A stretch of 64,000 nucleotides of DNA from the human T2T-CHM13v2.0 reference genome, Homo sapiens: assembly GCF_009914755.1 (NCBI RefSeq), contig NC_060940.1; one strand, 5' to 3'. Shown piece after piece: positions 41,734 through 56,493 of the stretch. The notes beneath the pieces were generated by a model. It saw nothing but the letters and a program-made list of their open reading frames with translations. It was not told the origin of the DNA and made no database searches. A program made the position numbers and the translations under genes. Each line of letters opens with the position of its first letter. The stretch's first letter is position 1.

Positions 41734-43420
41734 CCATTATTCAGATGATGAAGCTAAGACTCGAGAGCATGTCCCAGGCCCCCCATGTAGTTAGGTGGTA
41801 GGATGATGTAGATGTAAGTGCAGTCAGCTTAACTCCACACTCTTCCTCTTGTCCTCTGTACAAAGTCAAGGGAGTTGATCAAACAATAAGAAACACTGTG
41901 TGCAACACTCAGTTCCTGGGATTTTGGTGCTATAAGGTCATGACTATTCCACCCTGCAATCTCTTCAACACCCACTCTGTACTTTGGGACTGTTTTTCCT
42001 CTCCATGGAATTCTAAGCTCAAATAACTGCAGTCAGTTGTAAAAGTGCACAGACAGGAACAAGACACCTCCTGCACGGGTCTCAGAGTTTGATGGAAAGG
42101 GCAGTCGTAAGTGAGTAGTAATAAAACATTGGGAAGAAAAACTCCATGGGTGCAGGGCATTGCCTTGTCACAGGAGTATCCCCAGAGCCAAGATCAATGG
42201 CTGACCCATAGTAGGCACTTAATAAATATTTGTTGAGTGAATGAATGAGTAGTAACTCAAAGTAGTTTTTAAAGTGCTCCAAGTATACAAAGCTGGAAGG
42301 AATTAATTCTGCCTTGCATGTGTGTGTCTGAGGGGGTGTATCAGGGACCGGACCATTCGAATTGAATATTGCCGAATTCACACAACTTGGCAAAGAGAAA
42401 GGGTATTCCAGGGAGAGAGAACTGCATGTACAAGAGCAAGGAGGTAGAAAATACCAGGAACGGTCACCAGAGCATGCCAGGGTGAGTGCAATACTGTGCA
42501 GGTGGTACAGAAGATGGGGCAGAGAGACTGGCCAGACCCTGCCTTCTCTGCCAGGCTGGCCTGCTCCTGTCAGCCACAGGAGCCAGCTCAGACATTTAAG
42601 CAGAAGGGTAATGGGATTAGGTAGGTATTTTGTAAAGACTACACTTGCACTGTTACGTGGGCACCATAACAATGCATTTTCATTTGTCAGATCACTGTCA
42701 CATACTAAAAAGTCTTGTTTGTGCTGAGAGATCTCAAACTACCTCTTTTACTGAAGACTTCAAGGGGGAAACTACAGAATTATAATGGCCTGGAAGGAAA
42801 TGTCTCTGAAACACAAGGATAGTGGCCAGTAGACAATGGCACACATGCCCAAAACATTGTCATCAGGAAATTCAAGAGGTCATTAAATTCTACTGTAGGA
42901 GGAAATTAACACAAAGATGATCCCAATGACAGATGTATTCTCATGATAATTCAAGCTCTTCTCCATCTGGAATAAGAGAAAAACAAATGACTTTCCAAAG
43001 AGCTGATCACATTTAATCTTCCTTTAAAGACCTGTGGGTTGGATGTGCTATCATCACTTCACAGTTAAGGAGACTGAGCCCCGTGGGCCAGTTTTGCAGA
43101 GCTGGTGTTTGAACTTGGGCAGCTACAAAGCCTGTGCTCCTTCCCATGCTCACCCTAAGTCCTTTTACATATCATGCACTGAACTTCCAACAGGAACGGT
43201 CAAGTCCCCAAGACCTAGGCCCTGTCCTTAAGGAATCGCCATCTGCCCCAGGGGACATGAATGATGCTTCTAGCCAGGGAGAGGGGTGGGCTAAGATATT
43301 CCGCCTTCAGGTTGCAGGGAGGGTAAGTGTGACCAGGGCTGGCTGGCGGTAAAGACCTCCCGGAAAATGTAGCTCCTGTGCTGGATATAAAGAAAAGATC
43401 TGTTGAGGCAGGAAGCTTCA

Positions 43421-43858
<438 letters not shown>

Positions 43859-44477
43859 CTAGTAATTCTGCCACTATTCAGGGCCACAACAGTGAATGGA
43901 GAAGAGTAGGATGGAGACAGAAAGCTTTTAACTGAAACTTTCCAAATTCAGCAAGAAAATCAAATGACTGAGACAGAAGATTTCTGTAGTTGACTAGCAG
44001 AGGATCCTATGGAAAAGGTGGTTTGATCTACAGGACCTTAAATGTCAGGCTAAAAGGAAGATAATATATTTTGTTGAACATCTACCACAGATCAGAATCT
44101 AATCTTGTCTATTCTTCACAACAACCCTCTATGAATATTCCCACTTTAAATTACCCAAAGTCAGCCAGCTAGCAAGAGAAGAGCTGGAGCTTAAACCTGA
44201 AATGTGTGCCTCTCTGAAGCCCATAATTATTCCACTACACACCGTCTCTCTTAAGGACTGTGAGTGACGAATGAAGCAGAGTCACTGGTATCTTTTGAGC
44301 AGGTGGTGACAAGTTCATAGGAGTTTTAGGAGGGCAAATGTTGCACTAAGGTGGATTGCTCGGGGGAGAAAATGGAGCCAGGATTAGACCACTTTGCCTA
44401 GTCTACATCCTGCCACCTGCTGTTACAACGTCCTTCTGTTGTCAGGGTCACTCATGAAATGCAGTAAAAGAGCTGTA

Positions 44478-44544
44478 TTAGTTGGTGCAAAAGTAATCGT
44501 GGTTTGTAATGGCAAGAACCGCAAATACTTTTGCACCAATCTAA
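44478..44544. mobile_element. MADE1 (Hsmar1 mariner MITE), copy 1
   Basis: TTAGTTGGTGCAAAAGTAATC..TACTTTTGCACCAATCTAA palindrome flanked by TA. Confidence 0.9.
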
Positions 44545-44695
44545 TACATCCATAAATGGATATATTTGAATATGGAATGACAATAAGAAGTTAAAATTTA
44601 ATTTTAAAAAACTGAACAGAATAAAGAAACAAAGCCAAAGAAAGGAAAAGATCCTACGTGGATAAAGCAGAAACCTCCACACAAGAGCTGTATTA

Positions 44696-44762
44696 TTAGT
44701 TGGTGCAAAAGTAATCGTGGTTTGTAATGGCAAGAACCACAAATACTTTTGCACCAATCTAA
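44696..44762. mobile_element. MADE1, copy 2
   Basis: Same 67-bp palindrome flanked by TA. Confidence 0.9.
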
Positions 44763-44989
44763 TACATCCATAAATGGATATATTTGAATATGGAGTGACA
44801 ATAAGAAGTTAAAATTTAATTTTAAAAAACCGAACAGAATAAAGAAACAAAGCCAAAAAAAGGAAAATATCCTACGTGGATAAAGCAGAAACCAAAAGTA
44901 AACCAAGCGAAAAAAAAGAAGCCAAATAAAACTATAAGCTGATCTTCAGAGGAAAAACATTAAATGAATCTTCTGACATGACTGTTCAA

Positions 44990-46170
44990 GAAAAACAAAC
45001 CAAAGAAAAGAAAACCCAAATGGCCAATAAATGTGAAAATATGTTCAACTTCTTAATAAGATAAATGCAAATTGAAGACCATGGTTAGATTCCGTTTTAC
45101 ATCTATCATATAAGCAAAAATGAACAGGACTAATACAAAGATTTAAAGAGATATAAGAAGGTTGCAACTTTTCATTCCTTGCTGTGGGAACATAAACAGG
45201 CTCAATCCTTTTGCAGAACAAATTGGCAATCTCTGGTGATGTTGAAGATGCCCACATCCTATGACCCAGAAATTTTACTTACAGGCATATATCATTAAGA
45301 AAATTTCTCATCTGTGCAAAGATGTTCTGTGTTTCGTTGATTTGATGACAAAGTGCCCATCATTCAGTTCATGGATAAGTAAAATTTTTATACATCCATA
45401 GGGTGGATATTTAAAATATAAATAGTTAAAATAAATCCACTAAAGCTACATTTATAAACACAGATAAATCTCAATAACATAATACTGAGTAAAAAAGAGT
45501 AATTTGGGCCACGCACAGTGGCTTACGCCTGTAAGCCTACCATTTTGGGAGGCCGAGGTGGGCGGATCATGAGGTCAGGAGATCAAGACCATCCTGGCTA
45601 ATATGGTAAAACCCCATCTCTACTAAGAACACAAAAAATTAGCCGGACATGGTGGCACGCATCTGTAGTCCCAACTACTCAGGAAGCTGGAGGCAGGAGA
45701 ATCGCTTGAACCCAGGAGGCGGAGGTTGCAGTGAGCTGAGATCACGCCATTGCACTCCAGCCCAGGCAACAGAGCGAGACTCTATCTCAAAAAAAAAAAA
45801 AAAAAAAAAAAGAAAGAAAGAAAAAAGAAAAAAAAAAACAGTAGTTGGAAAAATATAGTACTGTTTATAAAAAGCATAAAACATACTAATACCATTATAC
45901 CCTAGGTTTGCATGTACATATAGAAAAACACATTTATCAGCTTTAGGTTAGTGGTTTCCTCTGAGGAAGGAGATAAGGGAATGAAATGAGGGTGGCAGGC
46001 TTCAGCAGCATCTTTATATTTTTAAAATCTGAAATAAGTGTGACAAAAATATTAACATTTGTTAAATCTGAATTGTCAGTACATGGGTGTTTGTTATTTT
46101 ATTCTCTGTACTTATCAGCATGTCTGAAATATTCCAGCATTGATAAATCCTGGTTTTGAAAGAGAAAAAG
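44990..46170 (+). mobile_element. Old L1M 3' fragments interrupted by an Alu
   Basis: CAAATGGCCAATAAA..GAAAATATGTTCAACTTC..AAATGCAAATT..CCTATGACCCAG; L1ME-like tail. Confidence 0.65.
45507..45838 (+). mobile_element. Alu (AluSc/Y-like)
   Basis: GATCATGAGGTCAGGAGATCAAGACCATCCTGGCTAA; long A-rich tail. Confidence 0.94.
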
Positions 46171-46934
46171 AAAAGATTTAAACACAATAATAGGATGACT
46201 TCTCTGAGACTCCTTAGTTCACTGCAGATATCCAGATCAATGTAAAAAGGATACTCTGAGCAGACAAAACATCTGGGAAGACCTTTGTCACATCTGATGA
46301 AGTGAATCCATCTGGCACCAAGCTGCAAACTCCCTATTAACAGTGCACTGGCAAACTCAGTCACTTCAATAGACAACATCAGAATAGGTGCTTTTAAATT
46401 CAACTAAGCCCTTCCTTAGGCAAATAAGATAAAAGCTTCAACAGAAACCAATGTAGCCCAAATTTAGGATCACCCACGCTACATTTACCCATCCAATCTG
46501 AAACAATAAAAGCAATTGTGCCTGTCTGAGGCATATTTTTCTGCCATCAGGTTTAAAATGTTAAATAAATAATAATTGAAATATGAAATAGTGGTGTCTA
46601 TACATGTACATTTTTGTCACTCCCTTAACAGCAGGAATTATACCCAACATTTAAGTTCTTTCTCAGGGTTTCACTAAGCATACTCCAGGCTAGAGACAGC
46701 TCCAGGCTGGACATTGCACCAAATGAATTCACACATACACTCCCTCACCCCCTAGAAGTTCACATCCCTGGACAGCTGGTAGCAGTCATTCCAGTTAACA
46801 GCATTTCTGAATGCAGAGAAAACCAGGCAACAAATACTTAATGAGCATTTCCTAAATGCAGTGTCATACTAATAACAGAGAAGATAAATACACGTACCAG
46901 AATTTCTACTCTGAAGAAATTAATAATATAATTG

Positions 46935-47850
46935 ATTCACCCATACATATATCCAAGCAACCAACCATTCATCCCTCCACCCATTTACCCTTTCACTCAT
47001 CCACCTTTCCACCCTTGATCCATTCAACTCTACATCTTTCCACTCATCCATTCAAATAATCATTCACCTTTCTCTTTATACAACAACTCCTTTACCAATC
47101 CATCCTCTTCCCCTTCCAGCCAGGCTGGTCCTCCCTTCCCATTCTACACCTACCCATTAAGCCACCTTCCATTGCTTCATACATCCATCTCTTCAACCCT
47201 CTAACCACCTGTATTGGGTTGAGCAGCATCCTTCAAAAATTCATGCTCACTCAGAACCTAATAATATGACCATATTTGAAAAGAAGGCCTTTGTAGATGT
47301 TATCAACTAAATTAATATGAGGTCATACTGAATTTGGACCCCAGTCCAATGACTGGTGTCCTGAAGAGGAGAAAACACAGGAACACACACAAGGAGAAGG
47401 CCACATAAATATGGAAACAGAGACTACAATGATGTACCTACAAGCCAAAGAACGCCAAGGGTTGATGGCAACCACCAGAAGTTAGAAGATGCAGGGGAGG
47501 GTCTTCCCTTAGCATCCTTGGAAAGAGAACAGTAATGCCAGAACCTTGATTTTGAACATCTAGCCTCTAGAACTGTGATATAATAAATTCCTGTGGTTTT
47601 GAGCCACGAAGTTTGCAGGACTTTGTTGAGCAGCCCTAGGAAACTAATACACCACCTCCCCTACCAACTACTCCATCTCTCCAACCCCCAGCCAGTAATC
47701 TTCTCAACTATACAACCCTCCACCCCTCCAGCCTTCTACCCATCCATCCCTCCACCCATCCATCCAGCCATCCACCCAATTCCCCATTCATTCCATCCAA
47801 CCATGCATCCATCTATCCACCCATCCATCCATCATTCATCCATTCACACA
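46935..47850. repeat. Degenerate (CCAT)n tract split by an MLT1 LTR
   Basis: CCAT/CATT-rich sequence on both sides of 47210-47651. Confidence 0.75.
47210..47651 (+). mobile_element. MaLR solo LTR (MLT1B/C-like)
   Basis: TG..CA termini with a perfect 5-bp TSD CCACC. Confidence 0.87.
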
Positions 47851-48589
47851 TACTTTATTTAGGGTCTATGTGCCAAGTGTTGTTCTGTGTGCTAAGTGTA
47901 CAATGGCGACAACAGTAGTAGCACGATATTATGGGTTCTTCCTCTGACATATGCTAATAACCCCACTAATATCACCAGACCTCAAGAATAAATACAATCT
48001 AAGTAAATACAATGGGCTTGCTATGCAAACTGAACTTCAAGGTAAGTTCCCTAGGTATTCCTGCCACTTGTAACTATGTTGGTGGCACTTAGGCCCTTCC
48101 AATATAAATGTTCTGGGGCCTCCACTAGATGAGGAGCAAAATATCCAAGGCCTCTTCCCAAATGGATATATAGACAATAAATAAATCATACAAGTAAATA
48201 TATATTTATCAATTTTGTTGAATTCTATGAAGGAAAAAAATACAGCTCTACAAAGAAAATAACAAGGGTGCAGGGGACAGGGCACTAATTATGATTAGGG
48301 AGTAACAGAAAGCCTCTGTAAGGTGGAAAAACAAAACAAACTCATAAGTAGTTAAAAAAAAAAAATCACTTCCCAAAGAGGCTTACACGATCAGGGAAGT
48401 ATTGGGCTTTGGGTAAGTGCTACACACTCTCAGAGGACAGGGAGTCCACTGAAGACTGCAAAGCTTTCTTGAAGAAAAGTCTGCCTGGATACTGAAGGAT
48501 AAATGACAGTTAAGTAATGGGAGGGATACCTATTTTTAGCGTGGTCCTCAATAAACAAAAGCGCAGACATCACTCGTTCATTTTAAGAG

Positions 48590-49410
48590 ATCTTGACTTT
48601 TATGTGCCAACGACCACTTTGGCAGGCTGGTGAAGCCTTCAAATTCCTTCTCAGAACAGAGCTGTCAAATAAGTAAAATAAAATACGTGGCCGGGTGTGG
48701 TGGCTCATGCCTGTAATCCCAACACTCTGGGAAGCCAAGGAGGGTGGATCACTCGAGGTCAGGAGTTTGAGACAAGCCTGACCAACGTGTTGAAACCCTG
48801 TCTCTACTAAAAATACAAAAATCAGCTGGGCGTGGTGGTGCAGACCTGTAATTCTAGTTACTTGGGAGGCTGAGGCGGGAGAATTGCTTGAACCCGGGAG
48901 GCAGAGGTTGCAGTGAGCCATGATCAAGCCTTGCACTCCAGCCTGGTGAAAAGAGCTAGACACTGTCTCAAAAAAAACCAAAAAACAAAAAAACCAAAAA
49001 ACAAAAAAACAAAAAACAAAGAAACAAAAAAACCGCTAGATTACAAAGAAAACAAATTATATCAAAATACAGTCATAATGATGTTTTAAAACAAACTTGT
49101 GTTATGTTTATGTCGGTATTAACATGCTAAATCACAAGATCTGTGCTGTGTCTACTAACTACAATGATTTCAAAATAATTTGGCAAAAGTAAATAATTCT
49201 GAAATATCTACAACAATGATAATGTGATAAGAAATATGTAATTTCTCTTGGTGAAAAAAAATCAGACAGCTGCTATTACTGTGATTTCTTGCTACAATTC
49301 AAAATGAAAAGAATGAAAACTTTTGTTAGAGGTAAGTAAAAATAAGCAATTTTTCCCCATCCAAGTTTACAGACCACTGAGTTCCATCCACAGACCCCTT
49401 AGGGGCCCGT
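48590..49410. mobile_element. hAT-Charlie non-autonomous element interrupted by an Alu
   Basis: TTTGGCAGGCTGGTGAAGCC..CCTTCTCAGAA; resumes GATTACAAAGAAAAC..CCCATCCAAGTTTACAGACC. Confidence 0.65.
48689..49032 (+). mobile_element. Alu (AluS-like), (CAAAAAA)n tail
   Basis: Alu consensus. Confidence 0.94.
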
Positions 49411-49439
49411 TTATGTGATTTATATGTTTAGGTATTTAT

Positions 49440-50260
49440 GTATTTGTCCATTCATTTACTCGCTCATTCATCCCCCAAATTCTGAATGTTTCTGACATTC
49501 CTGACAATATGGTTAGTGCTAGCAATATACAAGGCCAAAAAGACAGATGTGGTGTCTTCCCTAATGAGCTTATATTCTAGTGGGCAGAGACAGTCAATAA
49601 GCAGATAAACAAGATAGTTATAGGCTGTGATAACAATAGATTGTGAAAAAGAATCAACAGAGTGATATGGGGAAAGGGGAGGTTCACCTGGTGTTGGTAC
49701 CCATGATGAACACATTATGCAGCAGGATGGGGAATCATAATACATGGAAGAGGGATTCAGACAAAGGCCCTGTAACAGGAGAAGAACTTGGGCATCAGAA
49801 GAACAGGAGGACAGTCCATGTTGCTGGAGTGAACATAGCAATAGGAGACAGAGGAAATGGCGACAAAGATGGAGCAGCTGCAGATGTGCTGGGCCCCACA
49901 GACTATGGGAATAGGTTTTAGTTGTGCCTTAAGTGCAGTGGGTAGCCATGGAAGCAGTGTATGCAGGGGAATAACAGATCTACATTATATTGTTTTAAAA
50001 GATTTCTTTGGACACTGAATAGAGAATGGATTGTAAAGAAAAAGATAATTGATAGAAGAGACCAGTTTAGAGGCCATTGCATTCATCCAAGTAAGAGAGT
50101 GGTGACTTGATCCAGGGCTGGGGCTACTGAGGCATCTACGGGTACAGAATTCAAGGAAGAACTCATTCTCAGGGCCATGCAAGTGCAGGATTCAGCTACC
50201 CCTGGCTTTGACTGGTGGTAGAAATGGGTAGGTTGATGATATATTTTGGAGGTAAAATCA
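49440..50260 (-). mobile_element. L2 fragment
   Basis: CATTCATTTACTCGCTCATTCA start; GAGCTTATATTCTAGTGGG; GGAGACCAGTTTAGAGGCCATTGCA. Confidence 0.7.
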
Positions 50261-52893
50261 AATTTGTTCTAAAAATTTCTGAAGTTCAGAAGCAAATAAT
50301 AACTTTAGAAAGGAGCCCATGCCTCAGACAACAGAGCGTCTTAAACAACAGAGGAAGGACTTTTGACTTTCTCCTGTAGCTAATGAAGGGCCATGGAACT
50401 AAAGAAATAAAATCACACCATCGTGACCGAAAAAAAAACAAACAAACAAGATTTTTAGAGGGTGGTGAGAGGTAAGAGGTAAGTGTAGAGAATGTTTGGG
50501 CATTATGTGTTTATACAATTTTAGATTCGTGAATGAGTTAAGACCCAGTCAGGGAAACGGAAACCACTCCAGGTGTTTCCAACAGAGATAATACAGGAAA
50601 TTGGTTACATAGGAGCCACTGGGACACAGAGAGAAAAGGAAAAGAGGAAGCCATTAATATCCTAGGGATGGAGGAAAAGGGGGATGCAGGAGACATTACC
50701 AAAGTTCAGAAGCTGGGTCGCTTGGCAGTAGCAAATCCCACAGCAGGGACCACCTGATAGGAATTGGGACCCTGGAGGCTGCCCATCAAGAGCTAGATGG
50801 GGACATTCCCAAGGAAGAGGAAGTGAGGGAGAAATCACCTATAGCCTGGATAAAATATGTCCTTGCATATAGAACAGAGAAGGGAAAGGTCAGAGAAAGG
50901 ATTGAGAACAATCAGGCTACCGGAGCAGACCCGGGAACAAAGTCCTCACAGCCCAATCCTCTATACTAGAAAGAGAAGGAAAATCAATAGGTACTAGGCA
51001 CGAACCACATGCCAGGGTCTGTGCTTCACGTTTTCTGATGTTGCCTCAGTTCTGTCCCACACATTATCTGTTTAGCCCCTACTGTGACCTATCTTATAGA
51101 TAAGAAAATTAAGGCTCAGCAAGATTCAGAAACCTACTTAGGGTTCCTCCGCTAGCCAGTGGCTAAGCTGGCACCTAAACCTATGTCTGGAGGAACCCAA
51201 AATTTATAGTCTTTCCTCTGATATCCATTGTTCTTCAAAGAGGATTATCTGCTGTTCATTAAATGCTAACTGCATGCTAAAAACTGTTCCTAGTGCTTGA
51301 TCTTCAATGTATCATTTGTTCCTGCAAGAAAGTCATGATTACTTTTAGCACCATCTTCATTATCATCATCTTTGCTACTATTATTATTTTCAACTTACAG
51401 ATGAGGAAATTGAGACTCAGAAAAGTTAAATATCTTGCCCCAAGTCACAAAGCTAGTAAATGGCAGATTCAAAGCCAGGGATATCTAATGAAAGCTGCGT
51501 TTCCTCTTTACGAGTGCAAGCTATATGGCCTTCCATTCATAACACACCCACAACAGTGCAAGCCAAAAACCATCCCCAAATCTAACTTCCTACCATATTG
51601 ATCAAAGTATTCATTCTGAAAGACATCAGAGCAGAAACTGCTGGTTTCCCACCCAATGTCGGTTCTCCTTTTCCTTTTTAGAACTCCAGTTTAATTCAGA
51701 AACAATGTTTCTAGGTAAAATATTCTATTCCCCAGCCTTCCTCCCTATCAGAGATGACCAACAATAGACTGAAATGCTGGGGTAGGATTTCTGAGCTCTT
51801 GAAGAAGGGGCATACAGCTAGAGTGTGCCCTTTTTGCTCTTCTCCTCCTTATTCTTGTTTCCTGCTTTGAGTGTGAATGTGATGCCTGGAGCTCCAGCAG
51901 CCATCTTGGATCATGAAGCAACTTTAATGATGCAAACCATGTGCTTAAGAGTACAACAGAAATACAGGAAGAGGCTTAATCTATGAGGACACCATGAAGC
52001 CACCTTGGCAACCCTCAACCACCTACCTCCAGGCTGCTTTAATCTGAGAAGGAAATAAACTTCTCTTTTGTTTTAGCATTTCCAGGCTTATTTATTGGCA
52101 AACACAATTCCTAACCAACATATGCACCTGCCCGAATACTAAAATCCAATGAATAGAGATTCCTGAGATTCCTTTACATACTCATTTCCACTCATTCACT
52201 CTGATTTAAATACAGTCAACTGTGTGTCTCACTTTGATTGATGGGGTGCCATCAAAAGCAAAATTTTCTCCCTTGTTGCTTCTGAAAAAGACTCCCAAAC
52301 CCACAGTGAAGTCAGTCTGGGGCAGAGAGAGGTGGTGTGATATTATATATGTCATTATAAACTCTAAGTGCCTCTTTTCCGAACTCTTAGAAGGTTAGTA
52401 GTGGCAAAGGCAACAAAAAAGTCACAGTGATGAATAGAACATGTTGGAAAGTGGCTCAGAGAGTAGGAATTAAAGAATGCCAGCTCCAGTAAATGTCACA
52501 TATCAATCAAAAGTGAAGAAAGGGAGTTCCCTCCAAAAGTGGCAGAGGGGACACCTTCATAAACAGAACATAAAGGCCAATCGAACTCAGCAGCAAAATG
52601 GGACGTATTCAGCCAGAGCCTGTCACTTTGTACAATGGCAACAAACCATTCCGTCAGCTTCTCTGCTGAAATCAGAGAAGTACTAAAAGGGATTTTTGAA
52701 ACCATTTGCTCAGTGTCTCCATTACATAGGGGAGGCAACTGAGGATCAGATAGGGTAATGGCCGGACCAAAGTCACATAAAAAATGAATGGCTGAACTGG
52801 GATGAGATGGAAACCCAGGTCCGGTACTTGCTGACTTCTCCATTGATGTACATACCTTCTTTATGGATTGCGAGTATCCACTTCTACCTAAGA

Positions 52894-53089
52894 CAGGAGT
52901 TGATAAGCTTTCTCTGTAAAAGGTCAAATAGGAAACACTTCAGATTACAACTACTCACCCCTGCTGTTGTAGTAAAAAGCAGCCCTAGACAGTAGAAAAC
53001 AAAAAAAGTATGGCTGCATTCCAATAAAAATTTATGTACAAAAATAGCTAGCTGGATTTGACCTGTAGGCTGTAGATGGCCATGCCCTG
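52894..53089 (+). mobile_element. MER58A
   Basis: TTTCTCTGTAAAAGGTCAAATAG..GGCTGCATTCCAATAAAAATTTAT; TSD ACCTAAGA/ACCTATGT. Confidence 0.8.
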
Positions 53090-53097
53090 ACCTATGT

Positions 53098-53269
53098 CAC
53101 TGGGTTCAACTGGTCACCAGACCAACAGCATCCAGACCTTTCTAGAAATGCAAATTGTCAGTCTCTTTGCCTCCAGACCTAATGAAACAAACTCCAGAAA
53201 TAACATTCGGAAATCTGTTTTCACAAGCTTTCCAGGTGACTGACACACACTAAAGTTTGAAAAACATTG
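53098..53269. mobile_element. MER5A-like
   Basis: CAGACCAACAGCATC..AGAAATGCAAATT..TAAAGTTTGAAAAACATTG. Confidence 0.75.
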
Positions 53270-53274
53270 GGTTA

Positions 53275-54088
<814 letters not shown>

Positions 54089-56493
54089 ATGGGTTAGAAT
54101 CATAGCAAATCACTGTGCATGAGCCCCGCCTAGCCATTTCTAGTACATAACCTGGTATTTGGCTTCTAGTAGATGCTTATGACAGCAACCATAAGCCTCC
54201 CACCCAAAAATCTATTCTCTCCTTCTTTAACATGAGAAGGAAATAAAATTCTTACTTAAGCCATTGATAATCTGGATTTTCTGTCATAAACCACCAAACT
54301 GAATCCAATTGATTTAGTATCCCGTGAATATTTGTTGAATGAATAAATAATTCTCAAGCAAATCAGAGGATCTAAATTACATGTTACAGGTAGGTTTGAT
54401 TAGTACAGAACCACTGCTTCAATATACTTTTATCAGTAGATAAAATCCTCCTAAAAACAGTGTCCATAGGAGTCAAAATAATAAAAAAGAACACTAGGTG
54501 GTGAAAATATTGGAAACTTCTAGACATACAGTAGCCTTCATTTCTTGCACCGCCAAAAGCCGGGCTGATAATGGAGCAAATACCCTCTTCCCAGGCTCCC
54601 CTGAGGAAGCTGCCACTTTATTCATGACCCCACAGTCACCTTCTCCTGGAAGCCTTTCCTAATTAGAGCCCTTCTAGAATTCTGGGATTTTATGTCTCAG
54701 CAGTATGGTGAGAACAATAGGATTGTTCTGTTCTGCTTTATTCGAATCATACTGATGTGTCATTTTTCAATGATCCTTAAGTTACTCTCAAACAGAGAGC
54801 TTTTCTTACCCATGGTAGGTTCTCAATCGATGTCTATAGAATTGAACTGACTTTGTTGGTGAGTGTTTTGTTTCTTCCACGAGAACAGATATTCCTTCAG
54901 AATCAGGGGCTGACTCTTCTATTTTTCAAACAACCCCCGAAACTAGCCACAGCAACATGCAGGGGCCCTGCATCAACAGGTACTTGAATGCTGGTGAATG
55001 CGTCCCAGGCACCTCACCTCGTTCGCCCATTTTGGTGCATCAGAACAACGTTGTCACTGGTCTAACCTCATCTTCACTCCCTGGGGACTGAGGTCTTGCC
55101 TGATTCCCAAAGCCCTGCACCAGAGATCCTCAAACATTTTCAACTAGGACTTTATCAACGGGAAAAAGATGGACAGCTTCACTCCATGTTAACCCAGCGA
55201 CTCCATCAAACCTATGCTTGTTTCTACTGTTCATGCCTCTACATTGATGTTTCTCAAGCTTTTATGACCCAGGTCTCCTTGATAAACATTTTTAACCTCA
55301 CATTTTCCTCTAATGCTATTTGAAATTGCAAGAGAAATTAATATGGTGACTAAAACATATCAAGAGATGTCATAGTTCAATAGACCCTGCTACTAACAAC
55401 CCCAGGTGCAAATCTTTGCTTCACATGCTATTCTCTGACTCTTACTTGCATAGTCTGTTTTGACTTCTCCATGTGCTTCAGTGAAATGCAAATTACTGTT
55501 TGATCCCATGGACTAGACTATGGGGAAATCTCCATTGTTTCAGGGCAAGATTGATATTCAGCTGGTTGTTTATGGCTGGCAAGCATTCACACGGTCAGTG
55601 CATTCATCCAAACAGACGAATCCCCATGCCTCATCAATTGTTACACTTTTTCAATGTCACCTACCTAAGAAAATCAGAATACACCGTAAGGTGGAGAATC
55701 CATATGCAGATAAATGAAAGAGGAGAGTCAGGACCATGCAAAAAATTACAGGGAAATTTAGCAAAGTCTGGTGATAACATAGACTCTCCACACAGCATTC
55801 AACACAAACAGAAAATTAATCTCTGATGCAATTGGGCATTCATACATGCCAGTAAGTTCTGTACTTTATTTTAAGGTACCTCGCCTGCCTGGCATCAGTT
55901 GGGAGAATTATTAACCATCATTAAATGATTAACTGTCACTAAAATGGTAGCCTGCTGCCACCCAGCCAAGAGCATGCTGTGTGGAGTTACTCACGTGAGA
56001 AAAAACTTGTTAGCAAAAGAATGCACCTGCAACCCAGCGCATCTACTCTTGTGACATTCTATTTCGGCCTCCTTGTTACAACCACGATTTTCTTTCTCTA
56101 TCTAGCACAATACATATGCCACAGGAGTCTCTCAACTTCAGGTTAATTACACCCATCTCTCTAAGGTCAGATCTTCAGAATTCATCCTTTCATAAAGTTG
56201 TTTTAATGCATGTTTAAATCTCTGTCATTTGCTCACTGTGTGACTTCAGGCAAGTTATTGAACCTCAATTTTCTTATCTCTAAAATAGGGCTAATCATAG
56301 CTCCTACCTCATAAGGTTTTTAAAAGAATTCAGTGACAGCATGGATGAAGGGCATCTAGCATAGTTCTTGACTTGTAGCGTGTGCTCAGTAGTGTTAATA
56401 ATTATGGAAGAGCTCATTGGCCACCAAGTGAATGCTAAGCTGGAAGAGGATTGGATACATTATTTACTCCAACCCCATCTCAAGCCAAGACTA

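Larger units (their letters stand above)
44468..44893. repeat. Tandem duplication, period 215-218 bp
   Basis: 44468-44675 and 44683-44893 differ by about 5 substitutions and a 3-bp indel; 7-nt junction TCCACAC. Confidence 0.95.

Noticed and set aside
42082-42727. 196-aa and 121-aa ORFs
   Set aside because: They overlap L2-like sequence and show no recognisable domain or exon structure.
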